Below are positions 1 to 12,483 of a DNA stretch of 64,000 nt, one piece after another; position 1 is the stretch's first letter, and each line of letters begins with the position of its first letter. The translations under genes and the position numbers were made by a program. Under the pieces are notes generated by a model. That model was given only the letters and a program-made list of their open reading frames with translations. It was not told the DNA's origin and ran no database searches. Source of the stretch: Octopus sinensis (taxonomy: Eukaryota); assembly GCF_006345805.1 (NCBI RefSeq), contig NC_042999.1:162440001-162504000 (forward strand). Reading direction: 5' to 3'.

Positions 1-293
1 ATTGAGTGAAAACACCTAAAGCTCCACGAGGCTCCAGCAGGGGATGGTGATGATCCCTGCTGTACTCTTTCACCACAACTTTCTCTCACTCTTACTTCCT
101 GTTTCTGTTGTACCTGTATTTCAAAGGGCCGGCCTTGTCACTCTCTGTGTCACGCTGAATATCCCCGAGAACTACGTTAAGGGTGCACGTGTCTGTGGAG
201 TGCTCAGCCACTTACACGTTAATTTCACGAGCAGGCTGTTCCGTTGATCAGATCAACCGGAACCCTCGTCGTCGTAACCGACGGAGTGCTTCC
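1..293 (+). mobile_element. tRNA-derived SINE, family A (5' end cut by window edge)
   Basis: Near-identical to full copies at 9577, 19314, 51412 and 52473; ends ...ACGGAGTGCTTCC. Confidence 0.9.
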
Positions 294-296
294 ATC

Positions 297-377
297 CATC
301 CAATTCTCCACAGTAATGAGACATGGACTCTGAATGCAGAGGAGATGCATAGACTAGAGAGGAATGAAGGTAGTATG
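297..377 (+). mobile_element. RTE-clade LINE fragment
   Basis: Translates LHSNETWTLNAEEMHRLERNEGSM, resembling the RTE post-RT motif LxGxETW...ERNExxMLRWM. Confidence 0.6.
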
Positions 378-420
378 TTTGTGTGTCTGTGTTTGTCCCC
401 CACCAACACTTGATAACCGA

Positions 421-483
421 TGATAAAATTCCGAGTTTCAGATGTTGGGGCGGAAACCCATGCCGGCATCTCTTCAGTTATCG
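421..483 (-). ncRNA. Type I hammerhead-like motif in the inverted PLE1 repeat
   Basis: Minus strand: gataa CTGAAGA gatg...catc t GAAA ctcggaa TT ttatc; helix III has a mismatch. Confidence 0.55.
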
Positions 484-775
484 GGCCATCAAAAAAAAAT
501 GTTATGGAAATGACCGTTAAAACAAAGGGAAATTACTGTGTGATTGAATGTTATTAAGACAAAAGAGCTATTAGTCAAAAGACCTCTAAGTAAGGGGAGG
601 GAGTAAAAATGTTCATAGTAATCACGTATGGTCTCATTCATTCTTTTGTTGTCTTGCCATTTCTATCAATAAGTTACCTCCCATACACCGCTATTTTTCC
701 GTAAGGGCCAATACAGCTTATTTTGGAAAATTGCCAGAAATCGGTTGAGATCTCTACCCCGCAGAAGAATTCAAT

Positions 776-2845
776 ATGGACGCCTATCACATCGATTATT
801 CTATGAAAGACATACCTATATGATCAAGGGAACTTATACTCTAAGAAACTTTTGGAGAAAATTACAGACCTTATTAAGAGCATGAGATGGAAAGCTTTCT
901 TTTATAACATGGAAGAGGACGCTACAGAGAATATATTCTATGGTATTAAATCTAAGAAATTCCTTTCCAAAAACCAAAGGCTTGGAAGACTTCGAAGCAG
1001 GCCTACTGAAGCTCAGAACAAAATAAAATTCCGTAAGTCTTTTAACACTTTCCAACAGAAACTGAAAACAGATATCAATTACATAAAGTGTTCCAAAAAA
1101 AAAAAAAAAAGCACTTTTTTCCAATAAAACCAAGAACTTATACTAGTAGAAAACAGCACATATTCACGATTTCTGCACAACAGCATGATCAATAATTACA
1201 CCAAGGCTAGGCCACAAACCTATAACAAAATTAATAAAGAAGCTAGCATTATCGCCACCAGACTTCAATTAGATAAAAAAAAATAGAGGTCCTCCCCAAA
1301 AAAGAGGCCTTTATAACTATCAAAGACTATAAAAACAACTTCCTATCTAATCCTAAATGTAGGCGTATTAACCCATTAAATCAGAACTTGGTATTATTAG
1401 TAAAGAAATTCTAGGAAAAATCAATGCGAAAGTCAGGAATGCCACTAGGTTAGTACAATGATCCAATAGTATAGAAGTCGTTGACTGGTTTAAAGCCATT
1501 AAGAATAAGAATAAAGCATGATTCATGCAATTCGATATTGTCAATTTTTATGCTTCTATCTCTAAGGAACTGCTAGACAAAGCCCTCACCTTCGCAAGCA
1601 AATTCATAGAAATCAGTACACAGGATAAGGACATAATTTTCCATGCTAGAAAGACTTTACTCTTCAGCAAGAACGCAGAGTTGGTCAAGACTACCGACAC
1701 AGAGGGTGCTTTCGATGTGAGCATGGGGTCATATGATGGAGCAGACATATGCAATCTTATTGGACTATTCCTACTCGATACGTTGAGCAAGACTTTTCCT
1801 GACTTATACTTCGCCGTTTACAAAGATGGTGCCCTAGCTTTAACTGCAAATACCAACGGACCAGCACAGGATCAGTTTAGGAAGGACATTATCCATTTGA
1901 TGAAAACTTTCGGTCTTAGCATAACTACAGACACCAACCTGACGGTTGTTAATTTGCTGAAGCCCAATGATAGACTTAGTTATATTAATATGGGTTCCTG
2001 CCATCCTCCCATAGTGTTTAAAAATTTAGTTAAAAACATTAGCAAAAGAATTTCTAGCCTCTCCTCCGATAGGGACATTTTTAATAGCGTTGCCCCAGTA
2101 TATAATAAGGCTCTAAAAGATAGAGGTTTTAGCAAGGAAATAACCTATACACCTGCTACCAGTCCAATAATAAAGAAAAGGAAGCATAGGAATAGGAAAA
2201 CTATCTGGTTCACAACCCCCTACTCACCCAAAGTGACCTTTAATATAGGCAAGTATTTCTTAGCACTGATAAACAGACATTTTCCAGTTGCCCATAGTTA
2301 CAGAAAGCTCTTCAATAGACAGAACTCAAAAATCAGTTTCAGTTCAACTACTAATTTTTAAAATATAATTCCACGCAACTCACAAAAACCACAATATGAA
2401 ACCAGCTGTTCATGCAGGGATAAAAGTTTGTGCCCACTAAATGGAGCTTGCATGTCCGAGACCATCATTCATGAAACCACCGTGGACTCTATATCCACTA
2501 AGGACATGGTTTCGATGAAGAAATAAGTGGGCCTTACAGAGGGTAATTTCAAGGCCAGGTCCAATAATCACACCTTGAGCTTCAGATACAGGGATAAAAG
2601 GAAAACAACAAAATTATCCAGTCATATATGGTCCTTAAAAGATAAAGGTATCAGTTACAACATCCATTGGAAGATCTTAGCCAAGTATACTTTAGCCCTA
2701 CACCAACGGCAGTGGAAAGTATGGTCTTTGTGATATGGAAAGATGGCTCTCCTGGAAAAGCAGCTTAGACTCCGCCACATGTCTAAATTCAAGAACTGAA
2801 CTTTTTGGATCATGTCCACATGTGGCTAAATATTTGTTACATTTT
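776..2845 (+). pseudogene. PLE reverse transcriptase / GIY-YIG endonuclease pseudogene (frameshifts, stops)
   Basis: Motifs MRWKAFF, FDIVNFY, MGSYDGADICNLIG, YKDG (decayed YRDD), SCHPP, IWF..P, CSCR...CPLNGAC, GLTEGNFKARSNNH, CPH. Confidence 0.85.
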
Positions 2846-3609
2846 TGATCCCTCCCAGATTACAGATAGGACTTGCTTTCTATATTGTGTCCACATACAA
2901 GCTTTTTATCTCTCTATACTTATATTTCTTATACATTTTTTACATATTTTTAGAGATATTGGTTTATAGTTTTATTGCTCATATATTTTTTTTTACACAT
3001 AGTTTTTCTGTATTCTACCTTCCACCCTGCATTTTTCCTGTGCGTATATAGACGTGTATATGGAATTTTTTGTGAGCATGTGTGGATGTGTGTGTGTGCA
3101 GGTATGTGTGTATATAGACGTGTGTGTGGGCGTGCATGCAAGTATGTGCGTATGTAGACGTGTTTTACACTTATTGCTTATTTTTTACACTTTTTTACAC
3201 ATTTTTCTGTATTTTGCCTTTAGCCCTGTATTTTCTTGTGCATGTGCATATATAGATGTGTGTATGAACCTTTTTGTGTGTGTGTGAGTGTGTGTGTGTG
3301 TGTGCATGTATGCAAGTATGTATATATATATTTTTTGGCGAATGTGTGGGTGAGCATATGTGTGTTTCAAGTGAGGGTGGATGAGTATAAACATATAGGC
3401 ACATGTACGTGGGTGTGCAGGCACGCATGTGTATGTATGGACATTTTCACTTACGCGATTACTATGAACATTTTTACTCTCTTACCTTTACTCCCACCCC
3501 TCACTTAGCGGTCAATTCTAATAGCTCTTTTGTCTTAATAATGGTCAATCACACAGTAATTTCCCTTTGTTTTAACGGTCATTTTCATAGCATTTTTTTT
3601 TTGATGGCC

Positions 3610-3672
3610 TGATAACTGAAGAGATGCCAGCATGGGTCTCCGCCCCGCCATCTGAAACTCGGAGTTTTATCA
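3610..3672 (+). ncRNA. Type I hammerhead-like motif in PLE1 3' repeat
   Basis: tgataa CTGAAGA gatg..catc t GAAA ctc-g-gag TT ttatca; helix I tgataa/ttatca. Confidence 0.7.
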
Positions 3673-3741
3673 TGGCTACCGAATAATTGTCACATATTAT
3701 ATTTACAGATATATATAACTGTTAAAAAGGACGTCAAACAT

Positions 3742-4295
3742 TAAGTTAAGTTAATTTTTTGGCTCAAAAAGCAAGGCCATGTAGGGGGACATGGAGTTAT
3801 GTACAGGGAGGGTGTTCTTGCAAAGAGTTCAGGACATTTCTGGTCAAGAGAGACTTTGAACCGAGCGGTCGTCGGCATCTTCACTATCTCATCCGGCAGC
3901 TTATTCCACGGATTCGCAACCCGGACGGAGAAATCTCCTCTCCTTCAATTGAGATGAAATCGTCGCAGATAGAGCTTTTCGGAGTGACCCCGCAGCCGAC
4001 ACTCTGGAGCAGGAGTGTAGAACAGCTCTTTTGAAACGTTACATATTCCGTTTATGATGTTGTGAGCGAGAATGAGATCACCATGGCGGTGGCGTTTTTC
4101 GAGAGAATAAAGGTCGAGCGTCTTCAGCCTTTCTTCATAAGACAAATGATTGAGACCAAGAACCATGCGGGTAGCCAGCTTCTGGACTCTTTCGAGATGA
4201 TGTATGTCTTTGAGGAGATAAGGAGAAGAGGCTTGAATCTCGTACTCCAATATGGGTCTCACCAGCATGACATAGAGCATTAAGGCAAGGCAAAC
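3742..4295 (-). mobile_element. CR1-group LINE, 5'-truncated 3' end
   Basis: LVRPILEY..SPY.KDI..LERVQKLATRMV.GL..LSYEERL..LDLYSLEKR..GDLI; tail (TTAAC)n; second tail copy at 61313-61577. Confidence 0.85.
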
Positions 4296-4333
4296 ATCTC
4301 AAGTGATATACAATATTATATGAAGAAATTCAA

Positions 4334-4389
4334 ATCTTACAGCTGTTTCTGGGATATCCCTGAGTATGGGATATTCCTTCATCAGAGAC
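4334..4389 (-). ncRNA. Type I hammerhead-like motif in an ORF-less, probably PLE-derived remnant (~4298-4660)
   Basis: Minus strand: gtct CTGATGA aggaatatccc-atactca-gggatatccca GAAA cagctg TA agat. Confidence 0.75.
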
Positions 4390-4686
4390 AAATAGAGGAA
4401 AAAAATATGGAAAATGAGAATGGTATATACCAATAAGATGACAACACAGAGGAAGGAGTAAAAGAATAAGGAGACGGAAAGAGAGAAGGAAAAAGAAGCA
4501 TAAAAGTTCATAGTCCAACTTTCCAAAGTTATAAAAACAAGAGTGCGAGTCCTTAGGTGCAATCCTGCATAGATCCATGAGCGTAAGTCCTAGCATACCT
4601 AATTCATGAGTGTAAGTCCTAGTGTACCTAATTCTTTAGATCACCTGTGAAATAAACCCCCATACTTTGTGTGTGTATATATATAT

Positions 4687-4990
4687 GCGCATTAGCCCAG
4701 TGGTTAGGGCAGCGGACTCGCAGTTGTAATATCGCGGTTTCGATTCCCAGACCGGGTGTTGTCAGTGTTTATTGAGCGTAAACACCCAAAGCCCCACGAG
4801 GCTCCGGCAGGGGGTGGTGGCGATCCGTCCTGTACTCTTTTGCCACAACTTTCTCTCACTCTTTCCTCTGATGGCCTGCTCGCTTAGCCAGCGGGGTGGC
4901 ATCACTTGAAGGCTAAAACAATGCAAAGCACATTGTGACCAGCGATGTGTAGCAATATCTGATAGCCTGGTCGGTCACGGTCACGGTGAT
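4687..4990 (+). mobile_element. SINE with family A head/body and a different 3' tail
   Basis: Matches family A to ~4862, then an unrelated tail ending ...CTGATAGCCTGGTCGGTCACGG. Confidence 0.8.
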
Positions 4991-5435
4991 ATATATATAT
5001 ATATAAAAATAGATAGATAAATAGATATTTAACTATAATTGTCACTAAACGTGACCAGGGTGTTAGAAACACATACACTGCTAGAAATAAGTGTTAAAAT
5101 GCTGTAATGCTGTAGTCAAAGCACATAATTGTATGCATATATACTGACAGGGACTCTAATCATCTGAAAACACCTTTCAAGAATACGGAATTCTCGAATG
5201 ACGTTTTTGGGCAATTACAGTCCATCAGTATATAAGTATACAATAATGTGGTTTGAGTACAACATTAAAGCATTTTAGCTGTTACTTCTAGCCATGTAGT
5301 CACACTTCGTGAGGAGTCTAGTTTTCCTTTTTGGTGAAACATTGCAAACTGCTGCCTACTTTAATTTTATTAATTGATTGATTGATTGATTGACAGACAG
5401 ACAAACACACACCTATATATATATATATATATATA

Positions 5436-5807
5436 TCTCTCTATATATAAACGGCAGTTTGTCTGTGCGTGTTTCTGTGTGTCTGTTTTCTCGTACCCTC
5501 ACCCTGACCACGGCTTTCAACCGATTCTGATGAAACTTGACACACGCATAGCCCAATGTCATAATTCAAAACTAACGCAGCGAAAATTTTGAAAAGTTCC
5601 CCCAGTTCTGAAAAAAATCGATAAATTCGACATGGGGTCGAGAATAAAAAAAAACAAACCACAGACTGTCTAGGGGACGCAACTCCACCTTTTTTTACTC
5701 TCAAAAAAAAATTTACCATCATTTTTTTTCCATTTTTTTGCTATTTTTTGGCTATAACTCTCTAAAAATGCTTTACAAACCCGAGCAACGCCGGGCGATA
5801 CTGCTAG
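5436..5807 (+). mobile_element. Non-autonomous Helitron
   Basis: 5' TC after A, GTCT/GT-rich head, subterminal hairpin CCCGAGCAACGCCGGG, 3' CTAG followed by T. Confidence 0.75.
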
Positions 5808-6911
5808 TATATATATATATATATACATATATATGTATGGGTGTCTGTGTGTGAGCATGTACACATACATGGCCATCTATATTAGATAGATATAGAAAGC
5901 AGCAGAGAAGAAAATAAATAATGATAATTCTAGGAGATCCTTCCTAATTTTCAGTATAAATATGTGTTCTTAGGTTGAAAAATATTTAAAAAATAAGAAA
6001 AACACTGAATGGTGGATAATTGGAAGGAAAAATTTTAGAAGATATTTTACATTTCTGTTGCAAATGAGCTTCTAAATGCTAAAATAAATTCTTCATTTCT
6101 TATATGTTCCTGCATGGATTATGAGAGGAGAACAATTAGAGACATCTAACAAGATTTTGCTGATAAATCTAAAAAGCTAGTGAATATCAAACAGATGTTC
6201 TTAACTGCTTGAAAAGCTTTCAAATATAGAATATTTGGTCCCATGTTCATCAATAGCAAGTCCAATTCCACCAACATTTAAAAAATTTTATAATGCCCAA
6301 GACAATCATTAATGTCTCCACTCAGTCAAAACAAGAGAACACCATTAAGAACCTTTCCAGCTCAAAGATATTCTTTCTCTGTTAGTTGATTTTGTTCATT
6401 ACCACCATATTTTGTTGTGTATATTGCCTGTAGCTGCAATCTATGTGAAGGATAGGATGGATGAAGTGAAGTATTCTGTTTTGTGCAGACGAAGCAATCA
6501 AATCTTTTAAAATTATTCTTCACTGTCACATATTGCTAGTTTATTTTCCTTCACAAAGTGTGTCAAAATGAACATTTTCAGTCCACCGTATACACAGAAA
6601 TGCTATCAATCTTATTAGGTAAGGACTAAAATCTATTGATTGCACTGATTGGAGGATTAGTAAAGATAGTGTTGGTTGTGTATCTAATAATAGTGGAGTT
6701 GCTAGGTTGCTAGTTATCAGGAATGATGAAGGTATTCTTTGATGCATGTATGACATGTGGTGTTGGTGGAGCAGTGAAAAGTGGACAGTGAATGTAGGAA
6801 ATAACTAGTGGCTGAAGTGGAATGAATTTAAAATAATCCACCTGATGTGTAATGAGAATCTAAAATATACATGTACACACACATGCACATAATTGTATGC
6901 ATCTATGTATG

Positions 6912-6958
<47 letters not shown>

Positions 6959-6988
6959 AATATATACATGCATATATGCATATACATA

Positions 6989-7037
<49 letters not shown>

Positions 7038-7589
7038 TATACAATCATCATCATTTAAAGTCCATTTTCTATGCTGGCATAGGTTGAATGGTTTGACTGA
7101 AAACTGGTTAGCTAGGGGCTGCTATATATATATATATATATATACATGCATGTACATATATATGTGTATATATATATGTATGCATAATGTATGTATGAAT
7201 ATATATATATATATTACAGGATGCATAAGGTATTTAAGGTCATACCTTTTTGGGGTCATTGTGGCATCCCAGTGGGTTTAAGTGTGTTCAGAAATTCAAC
7301 AGGGCATTGAACAACCTTGTCTTGATTGACTGTTGTCAGTTGATTAAAAAGACATTTCTGATGTATCTGTTAACTTTTGAAGAAGTGAATGATTGAGTTT
7401 ATCAACCATTTCATTAGTTGTATGAGTGCAGATAGCATGGTAGTATTGAAGGTGCTGACATGTGGGGTCGTGTCCAGTTCTGCTTTGAATATATCTTTTA
7501 TTGTGATAGATGCCTTTTATCCTGGCATTATTCTCCTCAAGATTCCATTACATGCAAGAGAGATGTAGGTTACTATGAAGGAGGAAGAG

Positions 7590-7855
7590 CATCAATTAAC
7601 TACAATGTGAAAAACCATGGAAAGATTCATTCCATGCTCAGAATATCTTTGCAAGAGCATATCTGAAATGAGATAATTCAAGAACAAAGCAAAGTAAACA
7701 ACATGATAGCAGAATTCTGAAAGCACAAATTCCACTGGGTCAGACATATTGCAAAGTTCATTGACAAGGAATGGACCCATGCAGTCGTCAAATGGTATCC
7801 AAAATGTTGGAAAAGGCTACTCGTAAGACCTCCATGATGATGGAAAGACAGCAGT
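7590..7855 (+). mobile_element. Degraded RTE-clade LINE C-terminal fragment
   Basis: MLRISLQEHI.NE...KFHWVRHIAK..D.EWT..V.KWYP...KR..RPP..WKD. Confidence 0.65.
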
Positions 7856-8450
7856 GGATAAATAACAACATCACATAGTCTGGTCGATACAGTGATATAT
7901 AAATATACATTTGCATGTATGCATCATATACGTGTGTGTATATATCATATGTACATATACATATATTTTAATTCTTTTATGCTGAAGCTTATAAATGCAT
8001 ATAAATACTGGGTTGATAATCCATTTTGGATAGAAATAGTAAAAGGCACTTATGTGCTTCAAGATCAAATTCCAAAAAGGAATTAATTCATGTTCTCTTG
8101 ATAGTTTATAAATTCTTATGATGTCAGCAACACACAGGCCTTGCTGGTAAGAATAAAGTTTTTAAAATGGATAGAGAAATTCAAAGGATTGCTTAGGTCC
8201 AATGGTAGAATGTCTGTTCATGTCCACAGGAAAAATTCAACATTTTCTATCCAAAAGTGTTTTTTAACCCAATATTTATATGTTATTATATTTATAGCAT
8301 TTACGTGCTTCGAGATCCAATTTCAAAACAGAATTAATTCACACTCTCTCAAAAGTTTATAAAAATTCTTATGACATCAACAACATACATATGTATCCAC
8401 ACACACACACACACGTTTTATGGTTTTCAAGCATAGCAATATTAATAACC

Positions 8451-8608
8451 AGGAGTGGCTGTGTGGTAAGTAGCTTGCTAACCAACCACATGGTTGCGGG
8501 TTCAGTCCCACTGCGTGGCATCTTGGGCAAGTGTCTTCTGCTATAGCCCCGGGCCGACCAATGCTTTGTGAGTGGATTTGGTAGACGGAAACTGAAAGAA
8601 GCCTGTCG

Positions 8609-8651
<43 letters not shown>

Positions 8652-8868
8652 TTGTGTGTCTGTGTATGTCCCCCTAGCATTGCTTGACAACCGATGCTGG
8701 TGTGTTTATGTCCCCGTTACATATCGGTTCGGCAAAAGAGACCGATAGAATAAAGTACTGGGCTTACAAAAGAATAAATCACGGGGTCGATTTGATCGAC
8801 TAAAGGCGGTGCTCCAGCATGGCCACAGTCAAATGACTGAAACAAGTAAAAGAGTAAAGAGTAAAGAG
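8451..8868 (+). mobile_element. tRNA-like SINE family B (internal TA/TG microsatellite, LINE-shared tail)
   Basis: A/B-box-like TGGCTGTGTGG and GGTTCAGTCCC; CTTGGGCAAGT segment; tail CCAGCATGGCC.CAGTCAAATGACTGAAACAAGTAAAAGAG; many copies in window. Confidence 0.85.
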
Positions 8869-9576
8869 TTGTTAGAACTCAATATACGTATGCTTTAGAG
8901 CAAAGTAGTAGGTGAGTACAGATCTAGAAACTATACAGAAAAAGAATACTAATGGCAGTTCTTTTCAAAGTTACAACATTCCATAGAATTACTGTTTATA
9001 TTTGTTTCCTATAATGCTTAGCAGATGAGAAATACAATCTGGCAGTAAATAGAATGTGATCTATTACAAGGAGCTTTTACTGTTTGAGAAATTGTATTAT
9101 AGAGTGGAACCATTATGTTGTAGCTAGTTGAGAGCTGAGCAACTTGACCCGTAGACACAACACATGTATGAGCTGCTGACCCCTCAGCTCATTGTGAATA
9201 TCACCACTTTAGACAGTCATACATTCTAAAGACTGAGGAAGGGTAATACAGAGATATTAAATCTGGTAATCATGCCGTCTCAAAGATTGGCAGCAGCAAT
9301 TTTACCTATGCTAGTTTGGTGGTGACTTGGTTATTGCGCAAATGGTGGTGTTGGTGGGTGTGATAGTAGTTGTGTTAGTATGGTGGTAGTGTTAGCAGTG
9401 ATGGTATCAATTGTACTTCTGTCTGTGTTAATGGTGCTGCTATAGTAAGGGTAGCAACATTGCTGTCAATTACAATATTCTTGTCTGTTATTCTTAGTGG
9501 GTGCCTTTCTGATTTGCTTCGTAGCACTCAAAAGAAATAAAAAATAATTGTATTTGAAGAGTTTGTTGTAATTAGT

Positions 9577-9972
9577 GGAGGCGCAATGGCCCAGTGGTTA
9601 GGGCAGCGGACTCGCGGTCATAGGATCGCGGTCATAGGATCGCGGTTTCGATTCCCAGACCGGGCGTTGTGAGTGTTTATTGAGCGAAAACACCTAAAGC
9701 TCCACGCGGCTCCGGCAGGGGATGATGGTGATCCCTGCTGTACTCTTTCACCACAACTTTCTCTCACTCTTACTTCCTGTTTCTGTTGTACCTGTATTTC
9801 AAAGGGCCGGCCTTGTCACTCTCTGTGTCACGCTGAATATCCCCGAGAACTACGTTAAGGGTACACGTGTCTGTGGAGTGCTCAGCCACTTACACGTTAA
9901 TTTCACGAGCAGGCTGTTCCGTTGATTCGGATCAACCGGAACCCTCGTCGTCATAACCGACGGAGTGCTTCC
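9577..9972 (+). mobile_element. SINE family A, full length, with TSD
   Basis: tRNA-like head (TGGCCCAGTGG, GGTTTCGATTCC); TSD TGTTGTAATT at 9564-9573 and 9974-9983; 14-bp internal duplication CGCGGTCATAGGAT. Confidence 0.92.
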
Positions 9973-10526
9973 ATGTTGTAATTGTTATGTTTAGCTCCAA
10001 TTCTATTCGAATCAAGTAGGCTTATGATTGAAATCATTTCAGCCATAAACATGCTGCTTTTTAGGAGGAAACAAAGATTACATTATAGATTATGTCCCTC
10101 CTGCATTAAGACAGTGGAGTCTGATTTAAGGGAGATTTAACTGGTTGAGTCACTGTGTAATGGTTGCTTATAGGGGTGCCTTGCCTCTGTGACATTGCTA
10201 CCATTATTATCTTTATTGTAATAGGATATTTTATATATTATTACAGTAGCAGTAGAGCTCAAAGTTTTGATAGGCTATAAACTTGTGTGCATTTTCCAGA
10301 TTACTGTTGTTGTAGCAACTTGTTTCTTTTAATACTTGATGACAAGTTTTTTCAAAGCCTCAGTTCCCTCAGCTATGATGATCAGGAAACCTTTCTTTTG
10401 GATTAAATTGAATTGGCCGAGTATTCTATGTTAGGCATTCATCCATGAAAGGCTGATCTGCACCAATCATGCCATTTTAGATTTATGTTTCATGTAACAC
10501 TCCATGCATCTATGCAGCTCTCTTAA

Positions 10527-10745
10527 CCCTTTAGTATTTAAACCGGCCATATCTGGACAAAATAGCTAATCTGTTTTATGTTCAAACTGACCAGATCCAG
10601 GCTCTCACACCTACCCTACAATGTTATTCTACATTAAGTAATTACACCATCAAGATCTTGAAGATATGAGATAATGCATGATTAATCCAAATCAATGGGA
10701 ATCAATAGGCATTATGTTTGATAGAATAATCTGAACACTAAAGGG
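10527..10745. mobile_element. piggyBac-like MITE
   Basis: TTAA|CCCTTTAGT...ACTAAAGGG|TTAA. Confidence 0.75.
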
Positions 10746-11138
10746 TTAAATAAGTAGGAAATAGGTTCTGTTCACACTTGCTTGCTGTCTTATAGAACAC
10801 ACATAAGCCCAAGATTTTATTTTCATAGCTTACAAAGAGTAATTAAAAATTCTTTGATAAAATAATTGCACTGAATCCTTGTTGGCTCAAAAGACATCCT
10901 CCAGGAAACTGTCCAGTTTTCATACCAACATTTTTAATCAAGTTAGCTATTACAAGGTCACCCTAACATGCTAATAATAAAATCATTTCTGAAAATTAAG
11001 AACAAATATGGAACAAGTATTGAACCTTGTTAAATCTGGATTATGGATTATGGATGGGTAATGAATGAAGATTCATCTGAAAGAATAATCTTAATGGTTC
11101 TCCCATTAAGGTTGCTCACCAAACAGTTACATAATAAA

Positions 11139-11534
11139 CTAGCAGTATCGCCTGGCGTTGATCGGGTTTGTAAGGGAAATAACTATATAAGCATTTTTAG
11201 AGATGTAAAGTATAATAGCCATCTTAATATGGCTAACCACAAAAGGGGGTGTTACTGTGGCTTTTTACATTCTGAGATTTAATAATACATTTTTAGAGAG
11301 TTACTTCCCTTATATAATAGCAAAAAAAATGCATTAAAAATGGGAAAAATTGATGGTAATTTTTTTTTTAAATCGTAGACTCATCGTAGACGTGCGCTAA
11401 TACCCAGAAGGGCTCGATATGAATCACGACTATAAGATACCCGGTTTTGGTTAAACTGCACCGCAAAATGTGGGAGTAGTTAGGAATCTAAATCGTAGGA
11501 GACAGACACACAACTTCACTTTTATTTATAAAGA
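11139..11534 (-). mobile_element. Non-autonomous Helitron related to 5436-5807
   Basis: Minus strand TC...hairpin...CTAG; terminal ~35 bp shared with the 5436 copy. Confidence 0.75.
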
Positions 11535-11882
11535 TTTCCCAAGATTCCTTTGAATATCAACTTGACTAAGTTCATTGCATCAAACAATTAAAACCCAATA
11601 ATGTTCTGGGCTATGACACATATTTCCTAACCTACAGTTAAGAAATTGTCTTATTTATAAGAAAATAACAAAGGTTTGCTGTACTGGGGTTTGATTGGTG
11701 CCAGGTTATTCCTCCGAAATGAATCGCTAAAGATAACTTTGTTTGCTGCTGCTCAGAGATGAGTGGAATCAGCACACACACACACACACACACATATATA
11801 GGAAGAGAGAGGAAGTGAGAGAGTCAGGGAAGAAAGAAGTTATATCATTGTCTTCCTTTCTCGGGATCTTTCCTTCTCCTAT

Positions 11883-11917
11883 GTTTCCGACGAAGAGCTC
11901 TGCTCGAAACGTCAAAC
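11883..11917 (+). ncRNA. Minimal hammerhead-like motif (core variant CCGACGA)
   Basis: gttt CCGACGA a gagc-tct-gctc GAAA cg TC aaac; lies in a pyrimidine-rich remnant ending at (TA)n. Confidence 0.6.
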
Positions 11918-12009
11918 CCTCCTTCTTCCCTTCTTTCCTGCATGTCCAATAATACTTTATTTGTTCCGCTTCCTTGCGTTGTTGTCTTTTTGTTTTCTTA
12001 TTTAGATTA

Positions 12010-12059
<50 letters not shown>

Positions 12060-12103
12060 AATATCATCACACTTTTTAATTCATTTTTTTTCAAGCAGGT
12101 TAC

Positions 12104-12164
12104 CTGATTGAATACTTGTAGCATAAAAGGAGTAATGCATCAACTGCTTCCACAAAATATAATT
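12104..12164 (-). CDS. Candidate host-gene exon (61 nt; NYILWKQLMHYSFYATSIQS)
   Basis: AT-rich TAG acceptor, CAG|GTAACC donor, unique sequence, phase-0 start matches the exon at 23329; a second frame is also open. Confidence 0.35.
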
Positions 12165-12483
12165 CTAAATAATTATATACTTATTATATAATTATATAAT
12201 TTAGATCTACTAAATGTATTTGTAAGTCCTGATTAGTCAATGTTACAATTTCACCTGTACATGCACACATATTTCGAAATATAATCAAAACAAACACCTT
12301 TCATATCCAAGAATATCTAAGCAGAAAAACACTATATATACGTGTATATGTATATGTCTGTGTGTCTGTGTGTGTATATATATATATGGCCCCCGTGCCG
12401 GTGGCATGTAAAATGCACCCACTACACTCTCATAGTGGTTGGTGTTAGGAAGGGCATCCAGCTGTAGAATATATATATATATA

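Larger units (their letters stand above)
419..3720 (+). mobile_element. Penelope-like element 1 (PLE) with inverted 5' partial terminal repeat and 3' terminal repeat
   Basis: Degraded RT plus GIY-YIG ORF, long TG/TA-rich 3' UTR; 421-~550 is the reverse complement of ~3545-3672. Confidence 0.85.

Noticed and set aside
44-247. Recurring 67-aa ORF (MVVIPAVLFHH...) found five times
   Set aside because: It is the body of SINE family A, not a gene family
1458-1521. In-frame TGA codons in PLE1 as possible selenocysteine (reported for some Naiad PLEs)
   Set aside because: They fall at positions expected to be Trp/Arg, not Cys, in an ORF with many other lesions; the ATGA..AAAA..GA stretch in the PLE2 UTR (~46018) is too short for a SECIS
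6871-7281. YI/CV/HT-repeat ORFs here and throughout the window
   Set aside because: Translations of (TA)n, (TG)n and (CA)n microsatellites
9577-9665. tRNA-like sequence
   Set aside because: SINE head continuing into SINE body with TSDs; not a tRNA gene
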